Shown: piece after piece, positions 16,780 through 25,105 of the stretch
How positions within the stretch are numbered: position 1 is the first letter of the stretch
Layout: the number at the start of each line of letters is the position of its first letter
Translations under genes and position numbers: made by a program
From: a bacterium
Lineage (GTDB): Bacteria; JAMCPX01
Assembly (NCBI GenBank): GCA_037439545.1
Contig: JBBIVV010000027.1
Span: forward strand, 1 to 25,105
Reading direction: 5' to 3'
Length of the DNA: 25,105 nucleotides
The notes under the pieces: model-generated
What the model saw: only the letters and a program-made list of their open reading frames with translations
What the model was told of the DNA's origin: nothing
Database searches by the model: none

Positions 16780-17847
16780 ATGGATCTTACCGACAAATCG
16801 AAAAAGATACGCGAAGGCGAGCAGTTCGATATACTAAGGGTCGAGAATTTTCTCAAGGACAGCATACCGGGGCTTACGGGAAGCCTTGCCGTCGAACAGT
16901 TTCCGAGCGGGTATTCCAACCTTACCTATATGATAAAGGTCGGCGAAAAAGAACTCGTGCTCAGAAGACCGCCATTCGGCACAAAGGCAAAAACAGCACA
17001 TGATATGAAAAGGGAATATACGATCCTTAATGCCCTGAAGCCGGTTTTCCCTTACTGTCCAAAACCGCTTTTGTACAACGAAGACCCTTCGGTCATGGAC
17101 TGTCCTTTTTATGTCATGGAACGCATATGCGGCATTATACTCAGAAGGGACCTTCCCCAGGGACTTATGTTTAAGCCGGAAGATGCGAGAAAGCTCTGTG
17201 AGAACCTGCTCGATGTACACCTCGAGCTCCATTCGATTGACTATAAAAAGATCGGACTTGCCGATTTTGGAAAGCCCGGGGGGTATGTCAAAAGGCAGGT
17301 TGACGGATGGTCTGAGAGATACAGGAATGCACGGACCGAGGATGCCCCGGATTTTGAGCTTGTAATGAAGTGGCTGCAGGACAAGATGCCGCAAGAAACG
17401 AGCCTGCCCTGCATTATCCATAACGACTACAAGTTCGATAATGTTGTTTTGTCCACTGCCAATCCTCTTGAAATTATCGGAGTACTCGACTGGGAAATGG
17501 CGACCATCGGTGACCCGCTCATGGACCTCGGGAGTTCGCTCGCATACTGGATTCAGGCAGATGATCCGCCGGAATTTCAAGCAATACGAATGATGCCGAC
17601 CGATATGCCGGGTGCCATGACAAGGGACGAGCTGGTAAAGCGGTATGCGGAGAAATCGGGCATGCGTATCGATAACTTTGATTTCTACTACTGCTTCGGC
17701 TTGTTCAGGCTTGCGGGCATTGCCCAGCAGATATACTACCGGTACTTCCACAAACAGACAAAGGATGATCGCTTTGCACTGCTTATTTTTGCCGTAAAAG
17801 CGCTTGAGCTGGCGGCATCGAGAGTCATAGAACATTCCGCACTATGA
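16780..17847 (+). CDS. APH-fold phosphotransferase, ACAD10/11 N-terminal kinase (LvaA)-like
   Basis: QFPSGYSNLTY, LVLRRPP, AHDMKREY, IIHNDYKFDN, VLDWEMATIGDPL. Confidence 0.92.
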   Translation: MDLTDKSKKIREGEQFDILRVENFLKDSIPGLTGSLAVEQFPSGYSNLTYMIKVGEKELVLRRPPFGTKAKTAHDMKREYTILNALKPVFPYCPKPLLYNEDPSVMDCPFYVMERICGIILRRDLPQGLMFKPEDARKLCENLLDVHLELHSIDYKKIGLADFGKPGGYVKRQVDGWSERYRNARTEDAPDFELVMKWLQDKMPQETSLPCIIHNDYKFDNVVLSTANPLEIIGVLDWEMATIGDPLMDLGSSLAYWIQADDPPEFQAIRMMPTDMPGAMTRDELVKRYAEKSGMRIDNFDFYYCFGLFRLAGIAQQIYYRYFHKQTKDDRFALLIFAVKALELAASRVIEHSAL

Positions 17848-17883
17848 TGCTTTGCAAACCTAATGAAACTTAGATAAAGGAGA

Positions 17884-19587
17884 ATGATTATGAAATTATT
17901 AAGCAAATTCCAGCCGGACTGGAGAGAAGACGCAGCAGTTGAAGGTTCTTACCGGTCTGTTTTGAAATACGATCCTAAGAAATTCCAGCACCCGAACGCT
18001 GCATGGTATGAAATGTTCAAAAAAGAATTCAACATGAGCGATAAGGACTTCGAGAAGAGGCAGCCTGGCGGGGATGAACATGTCGTCCTTGGACGCAAAC
18101 CCGGATTGAGCGAAAGCCAGATCAACGCTCTTATCGCTATCGTGGGCAAGGACAATGTATCCACCGACGACTACAGCAGGGTCAAGTACGGTCATGGAAA
18201 GTCACTGGATGAAAACCTTGCGCTGAGAAAGGGGATTACAGGCAGGGTCCCTGACCTCGCGGTGCATCCGCGTAACAAGGAAGAAGTGGCAAAGATTGTC
18301 GAATACTGCAACTCTCAGAGGATCTCCATTATTACCTACGGAGCAGGGTCGGGTGTTGTCCTGGGCATGAGGTCGGACAGGGGCGGCATCGTACTGGTCA
18401 TGAAAACCCACATGAACAAAGTCATGTCGATTAACGATGCGAACCAGACTGCCGTGGTCCAGCCCGGTATGATGGGACCGGACTATGAAACCGCCCTGAA
18501 CAATGCGCCGGCTTTATTCGGTACCAGCCGCAGATACACCTGCGGTCATTTTCCCCAGTCCTTCGAGCTGTCATCGGTTGGAGGATGGATCCTTGCACTG
18601 GGCGCAGGACAGGCTTCCACCTACTACGGCGATGCCTACGATATAGTCCTCAGCCAGGAATATGTGACTCCGGCAGGTGTTATCAAGACCCGGGACATTC
18701 CCGGGACAGCTACGGGCCCGAAGGTAAACGACATTATGAAAGGAAGCGAAGGAGCGTACGGGATCCTGGTAGAAGCTACTATGAAAATATTCAGGTATAC
18801 TCCGGACGACCGCCAGTACTTTGCATTCATGTTCCCGTCCTGGGAGTCAGCGGTCAATGCGTCGCGTGAGATTGTGCAGGGTGAGTTCGGATTGCCTGCA
18901 GTATTTCGTATTTCGGATCCCGAGGAAACCGAGATCGGTCTAAAACTCAAGGGCTTCAATGACGGTCTGTTTGACAGATTCTTGCGCTTCCGTGGATTTA
19001 TGCCCATGCAGCGGTGCCTGTGTGTCGGGACCGTGGAAGGAGAAAAAGGCTATGCAAAACACGTAAAAAAGATGGCTTCGAAGATTTCGCGGAGGTTCGG
19101 GGCAATGTCATTGACCGGTTATGCAGCCAGACAATGGGAGCATGGCAGATACTCGGATATTTACCTGAGAGATGACCTTCTGGATTACGGTATCATAATC
19201 GACACACTGGAAACCGGCGTAACCTGGGATAACCTGCACCGGCTTCATCAGGGCGTACGATCGTTCGTCAAGAGCAGGCCCGGGACCATATGCATGACCC
19301 ATGCTTCGCATTTTTATCCTCAGGGCACGAACCTGTATTTCATCTTTATAATAAAGCCGAAAAACAATGACGAGTTCTTCCAGTTCCGCACGCAGGTCGT
19401 GGATAAGATTGTCGAACACGGTGGGTCAATCAGCCATCATCACGGGATCGGCAGGATGTTTGCCCCGTGGATGAATGCGTATCTCGGCAAAGAACAAATG
19501 GACGTGCTGCGGGCACTGAAGAGGCATTTTGATCCGAATAACATCATGAACCCCGGCAGAACATTGGGGCTGGAAACAAAGGATTGA
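17884..19587 (+). CDS. FAD-linked oxidoreductase, alkyl-dihydroxyacetonephosphate synthase-like
   Basis: GHFPQSFELSSVGGW, GSEGAYGI, DTLETG, HASHFYPQGTNLYF, ISHHHGIG, DPNNIMNPG. Confidence 0.85.
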   Translation: MIMKLLSKFQPDWREDAAVEGSYRSVLKYDPKKFQHPNAAWYEMFKKEFNMSDKDFEKRQPGGDEHVVLGRKPGLSESQINALIAIVGKDNVSTDDYSRVKYGHGKSLDENLALRKGITGRVPDLAVHPRNKEEVAKIVEYCNSQRISIITYGAGSGVVLGMRSDRGGIVLVMKTHMNKVMSINDANQTAVVQPGMMGPDYETALNNAPALFGTSRRYTCGHFPQSFELSSVGGWILALGAGQASTYYGDAYDIVLSQEYVTPAGVIKTRDIPGTATGPKVNDIMKGSEGAYGILVEATMKIFRYTPDDRQYFAFMFPSWESAVNASREIVQGEFGLPAVFRISDPEETEIGLKLKGFNDGLFDRFLRFRGFMPMQRCLCVGTVEGEKGYAKHVKKMASKISRRFGAMSLTGYAARQWEHGRYSDIYLRDDLLDYGIIIDTLETGVTWDNLHRLHQGVRSFVKSRPGTICMTHASHFYPQGTNLYFIFIIKPKNNDEFFQFRTQVVDKIVEHGGSISHHHGIGRMFAPWMNAYLGKEQMDVLRALKRHFDPNNIMNPGRTLGLETKD

Positions 19588-19633
19588 TTTTTACCGAACC
19601 GTGATTATTTCTCTCTCAGAGGAGGTGATATGT

Positions 19634-19849
19634 ATGGCAAGGTCAACAGCACTTCACAAAGGCACACCATCCCACAAGGCGATAGCACTTCGTAAAGCCC
19701 CGGTGGTCCCCATCCACGGAAGAATCCCGAGAGACGTATCCGCAGCAAACCTTGCAAGGTTTGAAAACTTTGACTTCAAAGCTTTTAACAAGCAAGATTG
19801 GGACCTGCACAGGGAGATCCTCTCTCCGGACGTGGTAATTGCAAAATAA
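19634..19849 (+). pseudogene. Probable truncated SnoaL/ester-cyclase-like gene
   Basis: GGAGGTG RBS. NLARFENFDFKAFNKQDWDLHREILSPDVVI resembles the start of a SnoaL-like domain but stops immediately afterwards. Confidence 0.5.
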
Positions 19850-20113
19850 TCTCCAATACCACTTATCTGGATGTTCCAGGTTTGAGTTCTGGGCAAAGTT
19901 ATGAGTTTTTTATAGCAAACGGTACCAATTCTTATATTTATTATTTCCTTCCTCAGATTGTGTTGATGACAACCCCTGTATCGTTTTACTCCTTTGTATT
20001 ATATTTTTTCTCATAATCAACTTTTCTTTCTTCCCTTTATACACAATTTTCTGTGTACACCCGTTAGATAGATCGCGGCATTAACCCACGCCCGTTACTG
20101 TGAGTGGTATTTG

Positions 20114-20141
20114 TTGACAAAGGAATAAGGAGAAGTATATC
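20114..20141 (+). promoter_or_regulatory. Sigma70-type promoter upstream of the riboswitch
   Basis: TTGACA (20114-20119), 16-nt spacer, TATATC (20136-20141); the predicted start site lies just before the aptamer. Confidence 0.55.
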
Positions 20142-20150
20142 TGCGGGTCA

Positions 20151-20262
20151 GGAAGATCAGATTCTCATATCGGGCCTGCTGGCAGCGGTTAAAACCGCGG
20201 GACTTCCAAAGAATGAAATGGTTATGAAACATAAAAATATGAGAGTCTGATCTTTTTGTTTT
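20151..20262 (+). ncRNA. NiCo/czcD-like metal riboswitch aptamer (20151-20207) with competing terminator
   Basis: Four-way junction: P1 GGAAG/CTTCC, P2 GAT/ATC, P3 GCC/GGC, P4 GCGGT/ACCGC, with junction strings ATCAG, CGGGCC, GGCAGC and GCGGGAC. An alternative 18-bp helix 20153-20170/20237-20254 runs into TTTTTGTTTT. Confidence 0.72.
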
Positions 20263-20277
20263 AAGATTGGCTCTCAA

Positions 20278-21567
20278 ATGGGAATAGCGACACACATGAA
20301 TATTTGGGCCAGGATATTTTATAGATACCGCAGAATCTGGAAGACGCTCAAGCTATACCTGATCCTCGCAGGGCCCGGCATCATCGTGATGGTTGCCGAC
20401 AACGATGCCGGCGGTATAACGACGTACACCGTAACCGGTGCCAAATACGGAACACACCTCCTGTGGTTCCTGATCCTGCTGGGGCCTGTAGCTTATTATG
20501 TTCAGGAAATGACCGTGCGCCTCGGTGCGGTAACCAAACGGGGACATGCCGAGGCGATCTTCTCCGCGTTCGGCCGTTTCTGGGGCTGGTTTTCTTTACT
20601 GGACCTGGTCATGACCGACTGGCTGACCATGATTACCGAGTTTATCGGTATGACCGCTGCCCTGAGTATCTTCCACATCCCGCCCGTGGTGACGGTCATA
20701 CTCGCATGGGTGCTTATGTGGGCCATGATCCTGAGTGGCCGCTACTGGACATGGGAGAAAATCGCGCTCCTGTTCTGTGCGGTCAACCTCATCTATATCC
20801 CGGCGGCGATCATCGTTCACCCTTCGGTCAGGGACATAGTATTCAACAGCTTTGTCCCGCATTTCCCGCCGGGAGGATTTACCAACGATCTGTTTTTCAT
20901 GCTCATGGCCAACATCGGCACGACGATCGCACCATGGATGCTCTTCTTCCAGCAGAGCTCAGTAGTCGACAAAGGACTCCGTGAAAAGGACATCAATTTC
21001 GGAAAGGTTGATACTGTTGTTGGCTCGGTACTGACGGTTGTGGTGGCCATGGTCTTGATCATTGTCTGTGGTAAGCTGCTTTATGGCGTACCGGTGAACG
21101 ATGCTGCAGCAGCGGCCGCACGGATCATGCCGGGCAGCAGGATCACCGGCACCCTGATAGCCATCGGTCTTTTTGACGCAGGGTTCCTTGGTGCGATCTG
21201 TATCTCGCTTGCAAGCTCATGGGCATTCGGGGAGATATTCGGCTGGGCTCACTCTCTGAACAACAGAGTCAGGGAAGCGCCGTGGTTCTACGCCTATTAT
21301 TTCTTTGACCTGACGCTGGCAGGGGCCGTCGTGCTTATACCGGGTGCACCCCTCGTCCTGATCACACTTTTCGTCCAGGTCATAGCCACTACCCTGCTGC
21401 CCCCTGCCCTGGTGTTCCTTATCCTGCTGCTGAACGACAAGAAGACCATGGGCGAGTTTACCAACACCCGGTGGCAAAACATTGTTAATATCGGTATTGT
21501 CGCCATGATCATCGCCCTGTCGACGATGTACGGCGTAAGCACCCTGTTCCCGAACATGTTCAAATGA
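20278..21567 (+). CDS. NRAMP-family divalent metal transporter, NRMT (Mg2+-transporting)-type motifs
   Basis: GPGIIVMVADNDAGGITTY, QEMTVRLG, ANIGTTIAPWMLFFQQS; many TM segments. The start may instead be the ATG at 20296. Confidence 0.9.
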   Translation: MGIATHMNIWARIFYRYRRIWKTLKLYLILAGPGIIVMVADNDAGGITTYTVTGAKYGTHLLWFLILLGPVAYYVQEMTVRLGAVTKRGHAEAIFSAFGRFWGWFSLLDLVMTDWLTMITEFIGMTAALSIFHIPPVVTVILAWVLMWAMILSGRYWTWEKIALLFCAVNLIYIPAAIIVHPSVRDIVFNSFVPHFPPGGFTNDLFFMLMANIGTTIAPWMLFFQQSSVVDKGLREKDINFGKVDTVVGSVLTVVVAMVLIIVCGKLLYGVPVNDAAAAAARIMPGSRITGTLIAIGLFDAGFLGAICISLASSWAFGEIFGWAHSLNNRVREAPWFYAYYFFDLTLAGAVVLIPGAPLVLITLFVQVIATTLLPPALVFLILLLNDKKTMGEFTNTRWQNIVNIGIVAMIIALSTMYGVSTLFPNMFK

Positions 21568-21573
21568 AGGAGG

Positions 21574-21756
21574 ATGACCGTGATAAAGAATTTTTTCAGT
21601 CATAGCTATGCAAAAGTGCGCGAAATCAACAAGGAATACAAGACCCCGGGCATACAGATGTCCGGATTGGTAAAGTTTTCACTTTTGCTATTACGGATCT
21701 ATCTTATTACACTGATAGGCTTATCTCTCTATAAATTCATTACGATGTTGAGATAA
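21574..21756 (+). CDS. 60-aa single-pass membrane protein
   Basis: AGGAGG upstream (GTG at 21580 is the better-spaced start); hydrophobic C-terminal helix; fills the operon gap. Confidence 0.72.
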   Translation: MTVIKNFFSHSYAKVREINKEYKTPGIQMSGLVKFSLLLLRIYLITLIGLSLYKFITMLR

Positions 21757-21767
21757 AGGAAGAAGCC

Positions 21768-23051
21768 ATGAACACCACGATAGAAATGAAACCGGAATCG
21801 GGCGAAGACACCTATTTCCTGAGCGATATAATAAAATCGCCTGTTTTCCTGTCTGAAAGGAAGGTTGGCAGACTGACTGACCTGATTATAGAGGACAAGG
21901 ACAAGATCGCAGAGGTAACGCACCTTGTCGTAGGTCGTCCATTCGGCGATCTCCCCCTGATCGTATCGTGGGACAAAGTACGCTCGATCGCAACAAAGAG
22001 GATTGTCATAGATATAGAAAACTTAAAAGCGTACGCCGTTGATCCGCCGAAAGGTGCGGTACTCTTGAAGGACTACATACTCGACAAGCGGGTGCTTGAC
22101 AGCAAAGGCAGGGAGATAGAAGTGGTCTATGATGTTAAACTGGCGCTCAGGAACAACAGACTATACATAACCGATGTCGATCTGAGCAAAAAAGGCCTGC
22201 TCCGGAGGATCGGCCTGAAGTGGCTTGCCGATTTCATCAATACCCTGGCCTTGAACATCACAAAGCAGACGGTCGCATGGAGCTATGTGGAGCCTCTCCC
22301 TGAGCAGATCAGCAGCTTTAAAGGCGACCTGAAGCTGAAGGTCCTGAAGGAGCAGCTTTCGGACATTCCCCCGGTAGACCTCGCGGACATTCTCGAAGAA
22401 CTAAATCCTGAACAGAGGATGGCGATATTCGGGCAACTGGAGACCGAACATGCGTCCGATACCCTGGAAGAGATCGACCCCAACGTCCAGAGGGACATGA
22501 TCGCCGCACTGAATAAAGAAAGGGCCGCCCAGCTTATTAGCGAGATGACGCCCGGACAGGCAGCGGACATCCTTTCCGTGCTCCCATGGTGGGAAGTGGA
22601 GGCGATCCTGAAGTTGCTCAACAACAGGGAAAACGCCATGAAGATCATGGACATCCTGAAGAAGCAGGAAGAGAAGATAGCCAATTATGCGGCTTCCAAT
22701 TTCTTAAAATTCACGCCGGACAGGACTGCGCTCCAGACACGCAGATCGTTCCAGCGTGCAGCCAAGGGCAAGGAAGCGATAATGTACCTCTATATCCTGG
22801 ACGAGCAGGAGAAGCTGCTGGGTGTAATCGATCTCAAGGAACTGCTGATGGCCGACGAGAATGCTTTATTAAAGGACATCATGACCACCAATGTAATAAG
22901 CCTGGACCCGGACAGCACGCTGAAGGAAGCGTGGGAGATGTTCAAGAGATACGGCTTCCGCGCCCTGCCGCTTATAAACGGAGACGGAAAAATGCACGGG
23001 GTCGTGCCTCAAAGGGACGTAATGAATCTTACCCACCGCTTTGTGGAATGA
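21768..23051 (+). CDS. Soluble MgtE-like protein: PRC-barrel-like regions, MgtE N-domain and CBS pair, no TM domain
   Basis: VGRLTDLII and ILDKRVLD..G...EVVYDVKL; PVDLADILEEL; YLYILDEQEKLLGVIDLKELL; YGFRALPLIN..G.MHGVV; no hydrophobic helices. Confidence 0.88.
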   Translation: MNTTIEMKPESGEDTYFLSDIIKSPVFLSERKVGRLTDLIIEDKDKIAEVTHLVVGRPFGDLPLIVSWDKVRSIATKRIVIDIENLKAYAVDPPKGAVLLKDYILDKRVLDSKGREIEVVYDVKLALRNNRLYITDVDLSKKGLLRRIGLKWLADFINTLALNITKQTVAWSYVEPLPEQISSFKGDLKLKVLKEQLSDIPPVDLADILEELNPEQRMAIFGQLETEHASDTLEEIDPNVQRDMIAALNKERAAQLISEMTPGQAADILSVLPWWEVEAILKLLNNRENAMKIMDILKKQEEKIANYAASNFLKFTPDRTALQTRRSFQRAAKGKEAIMYLYILDEQEKLLGVIDLKELLMADENALLKDIMTTNVISLDPDSTLKEAWEMFKRYGFRALPLINGDGKMHGVVPQRDVMNLTHRFVE

Positions 23052-23138
23052 CTTCATCGTGAAGCTGTACCCTTGGACGGGATATTCCGAAATTTTTAAT
23101 AAACCCCAAAAGTGCATTTGAAAACCGGACAAACTTCG

Positions 23139-25105
23139 TTATGGAAGTTTCGGGGATAAAAGGGACTGATGGGAACGCATGGTCCTTTCAAGGGTCATGG
23201 CCCCGAGACGTGCAACGGTTTCCATGACCAGCTGTTCTTCGGGCAGCAGAGCGTGTTCTGTTTCTTCGAACAGGAAGCCGATCACACCCGTTATGGTGTC
23301 CTCCACTATCATAGGCTGGTAAAACGCCCTTTCCTGCGGGAGCGTACTGGTCCCGTGTCCTGCCTGTTTTTTATTGGTGAAAACCCATGACGCTACTGCA
23401 GAGGCCTTCCGGTCGACTTCAAACCCCGAGGTTTTTGCTTTCACAATCAGGTTATCGGCGGAAGGGAGAAAGATCGCCGCATCACAGCGGAACAGTTCGG
23501 TTGTGTGGCGGATAAGTACTGCAAGGGTCTCCTCGACATTATTCGCTGTCATCAAGTCCCTGCTCAGACCGTACAGCGCCCTGTTCTCTGTCTCGCTCTG
23601 CCTTAGCAGTTCCATCCGGTTGCGCAACTTATACGCAAGATCACTTATCACCATGACGATAATGATATAAAGGGTATACGACAGGAAATATCCTGTATCG
23701 GAGACCGCAAAACTGTAATACGGCGGTACAAACAGGTAATCGAAGATCCCTATGCTTATCAGTGCCGCAACGACAGACGGCCCCCTGCCCAGATAAACGG
23801 CACTGCCTATAACAGGCAGCAACAGCAGAAATAACAGGTTAATCTGGCTGAGGTTGTTTCGGAAAATAAATGCGAGAAATGACATTGCGGCGACGGAAAG
23901 AACGCCCACTATATATTTGCCCGGGCCTGACGTAAAGAATGGTTTCCTGAACCGTGTGTGCTGCCTTTCGCCGCCGGTATTCGCGTCTATCATATAGACA
24001 TCGATATTCGGGGTTTTTGCCAGAATTCTTTTCGGGATAGATAGCAGTAGGCCAAAATGACGGCTTTTCCCGATCACGACCCTGGTTACATTATTGTCCT
24101 GAGCGTAATCCGCTATAGTCTGTGCCACATCGTCCCCTTTTGTCCAGACCACTCGGGCTCCCAGTTTCTTGGCAAGGTCCATTGCCTTATTCAGCCAGTC
24201 CTTTTCCTTGAAGGAAAGGTGCTCATGTCCCGCTGTTTGAACGTAAAATGCAATCCATTCGGCATCGATCCCGCTGGCAAGCCTGAACGACGACCGGACC
24301 AGTTTTTCAGCATACGGACTGGCATAGACGGCGGTGAGAATGCGCTCCTTTGCAGGCCAGGGACCTGCTATGGCATGCGCCTGCATATAACCCCGCATCC
24401 TTTCGTCCACCCGGCCCGCAGCGATCCTGAGGGCGAGCTGCCGCAGCGCCAGCAGGTTTCCGGGACGGAAAAAGCTGTTAACTGCAAGCCCTGCCATGTC
24501 TTTCACATAGACCTTGCCCTCTCCGAGCCTTTTGATAAGCTCCTCCGGAGTCAGATCGATCAGCTTGATCTCATTCGCGGATTCGATAAATGTGTCGGGG
24601 ACCGTTTCCCGTATCCTGATGCCCGTTATCTGGGAAATAGTATCGTTCAGGCTGTCAATATGCTGGACATTCAATGTCGTATAGACATCGATACCGGCGT
24701 TGAGTATCTCTTCAATGTCCTGATAGCGTTTTGCATTGTGTGAACCGGGTGCGTTGGTATGGGCGAGTTCGTCAACAATGACCAGCTTCGGCTTTCGCAC
24801 GAAAACCTTTTCCAGATCTGTTTCTTTGAGCTTTACTCCCATGTATTCTATGACGAGCGGCGGGACGACCTCCAGCCCCTCGAGCAGGGCATCTGTCTCA
24901 CTCCTGCCGTGGGTCTCCACATAACCTACGGTCACATCCGTCCCTTCCCGTTTCCGAAGTTTCGCATCGGTCAGCATGGCATAGGTCTTTCCCACGCCGG
25001 GTGCAAACCCGAAATAGATGGTAAGTCTGCCCCGCGTCTTTAAAGCCTCTGCTTTCTGCGAAAGCTTCAGGAGCTCATCGGGTGACGGCCTTCTGTATTC
25101 TTCGT
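23139..25105 (-). CDS. kdpD: KdpD-like sensor (KdpD, Usp, TM and GAF domains) lacking the histidine kinase; 5' end outside the window
   Basis: Frame is open to the window edge: EEYRRPSPDELL...RGRLTIYFGFAPGVGKTYAML; VDELAHTNAPGS; DVYTTLNVQH; FDYLFVPPYYSF; stops right after the GAF domain. Confidence 0.88.
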   Translation of the reverse strand, partial: EEYRRPSPDELLKLSQKAEALKTRGRLTIYFGFAPGVGKTYAMLTDAKLRKREGTDVTVGYVETHGRSETDALLEGLEVVPPLVIEYMGVKLKETDLEKVFVRKPKLVIVDELAHTNAPGSHNAKRYQDIEEILNAGIDVYTTLNVQHIDSLNDTISQITGIRIRETVPDTFIESANEIKLIDLTPEELIKRLGEGKVYVKDMAGLAVNSFFRPGNLLALRQLALRIAAGRVDERMRGYMQAHAIAGPWPAKERILTAVYASPYAEKLVRSSFRLASGIDAEWIAFYVQTAGHEHLSFKEKDWLNKAMDLAKKLGARVVWTKGDDVAQTIADYAQDNNVTRVVIGKSRHFGLLLSIPKRILAKTPNIDVYMIDANTGGERQHTRFRKPFFTSGPGKYIVGVLSVAAMSFLAFIFRNNLSQINLLFLLLLPVIGSAVYLGRGPSVVAALISIGIFDYLFVPPYYSFAVSDTGYFLSYTLYIIIVMVISDLAYKLRNRMELLRQSETENRALYGLSRDLMTANNVEETLAVLIRHTTELFRCDAAIFLPSADNLIVKAKTSGFEVDRKASAVASWVFTNKKQAGHGTSTLPQERAFYQPMIVEDTITGVIGFLFEETEHALLPEEQLVMETVARLGAMTLERTMRSHQSLLSPKLP

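Noticed and set aside
15979..17835. Long minus-strand ORFs (245 and 333 aa)
   Set aside because: Antisense to well-supported dehydrogenase and kinase genes; no motifs.
16780..17847. Aminoglycoside resistance gene
   Set aside because: Motifs and adjacency to the acyl-CoA dehydrogenase indicate the ACAD10/11-type metabolic kinase subfamily.
20060..20270. M-box (ykoK) or yybP-ykoY riboswitch expected upstream of an NRAMP/MgtE operon
   Set aside because: Only CCGTTAG resembles the M-box start; the remaining conserved M-box blocks are absent and it lies upstream of the predicted promoter. The NiCo-like fold fits better.
20278..21567. Classical Mn2+ importer mntH
   Set aside because: Lacks the DPGN and MPH metal-site motifs.
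21768..23051. Full-length MgtE channel (mgtE)
   Set aside because: No transmembrane domain follows the CBS pair.
24993..24995. KdpD start at 24995 as in the ORF track
   Set aside because: It is the GTG inside the conserved APGVGKT motif; the frame continues to the window edge.

Overview
Bacterial window with six blocks. (1) A minus-strand Tad/Flp pilus operon (948-10554): flp, tadE-like, tadG-like, tadE-like, exported hypothetical, a 52-aa minor pilin missing from the ORF track, cpaB, cpaC secretin, an FHA-fused cpaF/tadA ATPase, tadB, tadC. No prepilin peptidase, tadZ/cpaE or tadD is in the window. One tadE leader carries a nested, frame-preserving MITE/REP insertion and probably starts at ATT. 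(2) Exported proteins: DUF1571-like, an FN3+NHL lipoprotein and a Trp/Arg-rich protein, plus an unlisted 59-aa protein joining a Lys/Ala-rich tail to a desulforedoxin-type Cys4 motif, and a GTAG-REP cluster. (3) A histidine phosphatase / ACAD10-11-like dehydrogenase / APH kinase / alkyl-DHAP-synthase-like operon. (4) A truncated SnoaL-like fragment at an apparent junction. (5) A compact NiCo/czcD-like riboswitch with a competing terminator helix upstream of an NRAMP-related (NRMT-type) transporter, a small membrane protein and a soluble MgtE-N/CBS protein; this is the strongest candidate for an undescribed system. (6) A KdpD-like sensor lacking its kinase domain, with its start just outside the window. 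All family calls are from motif recognition by eye; no searches were run.
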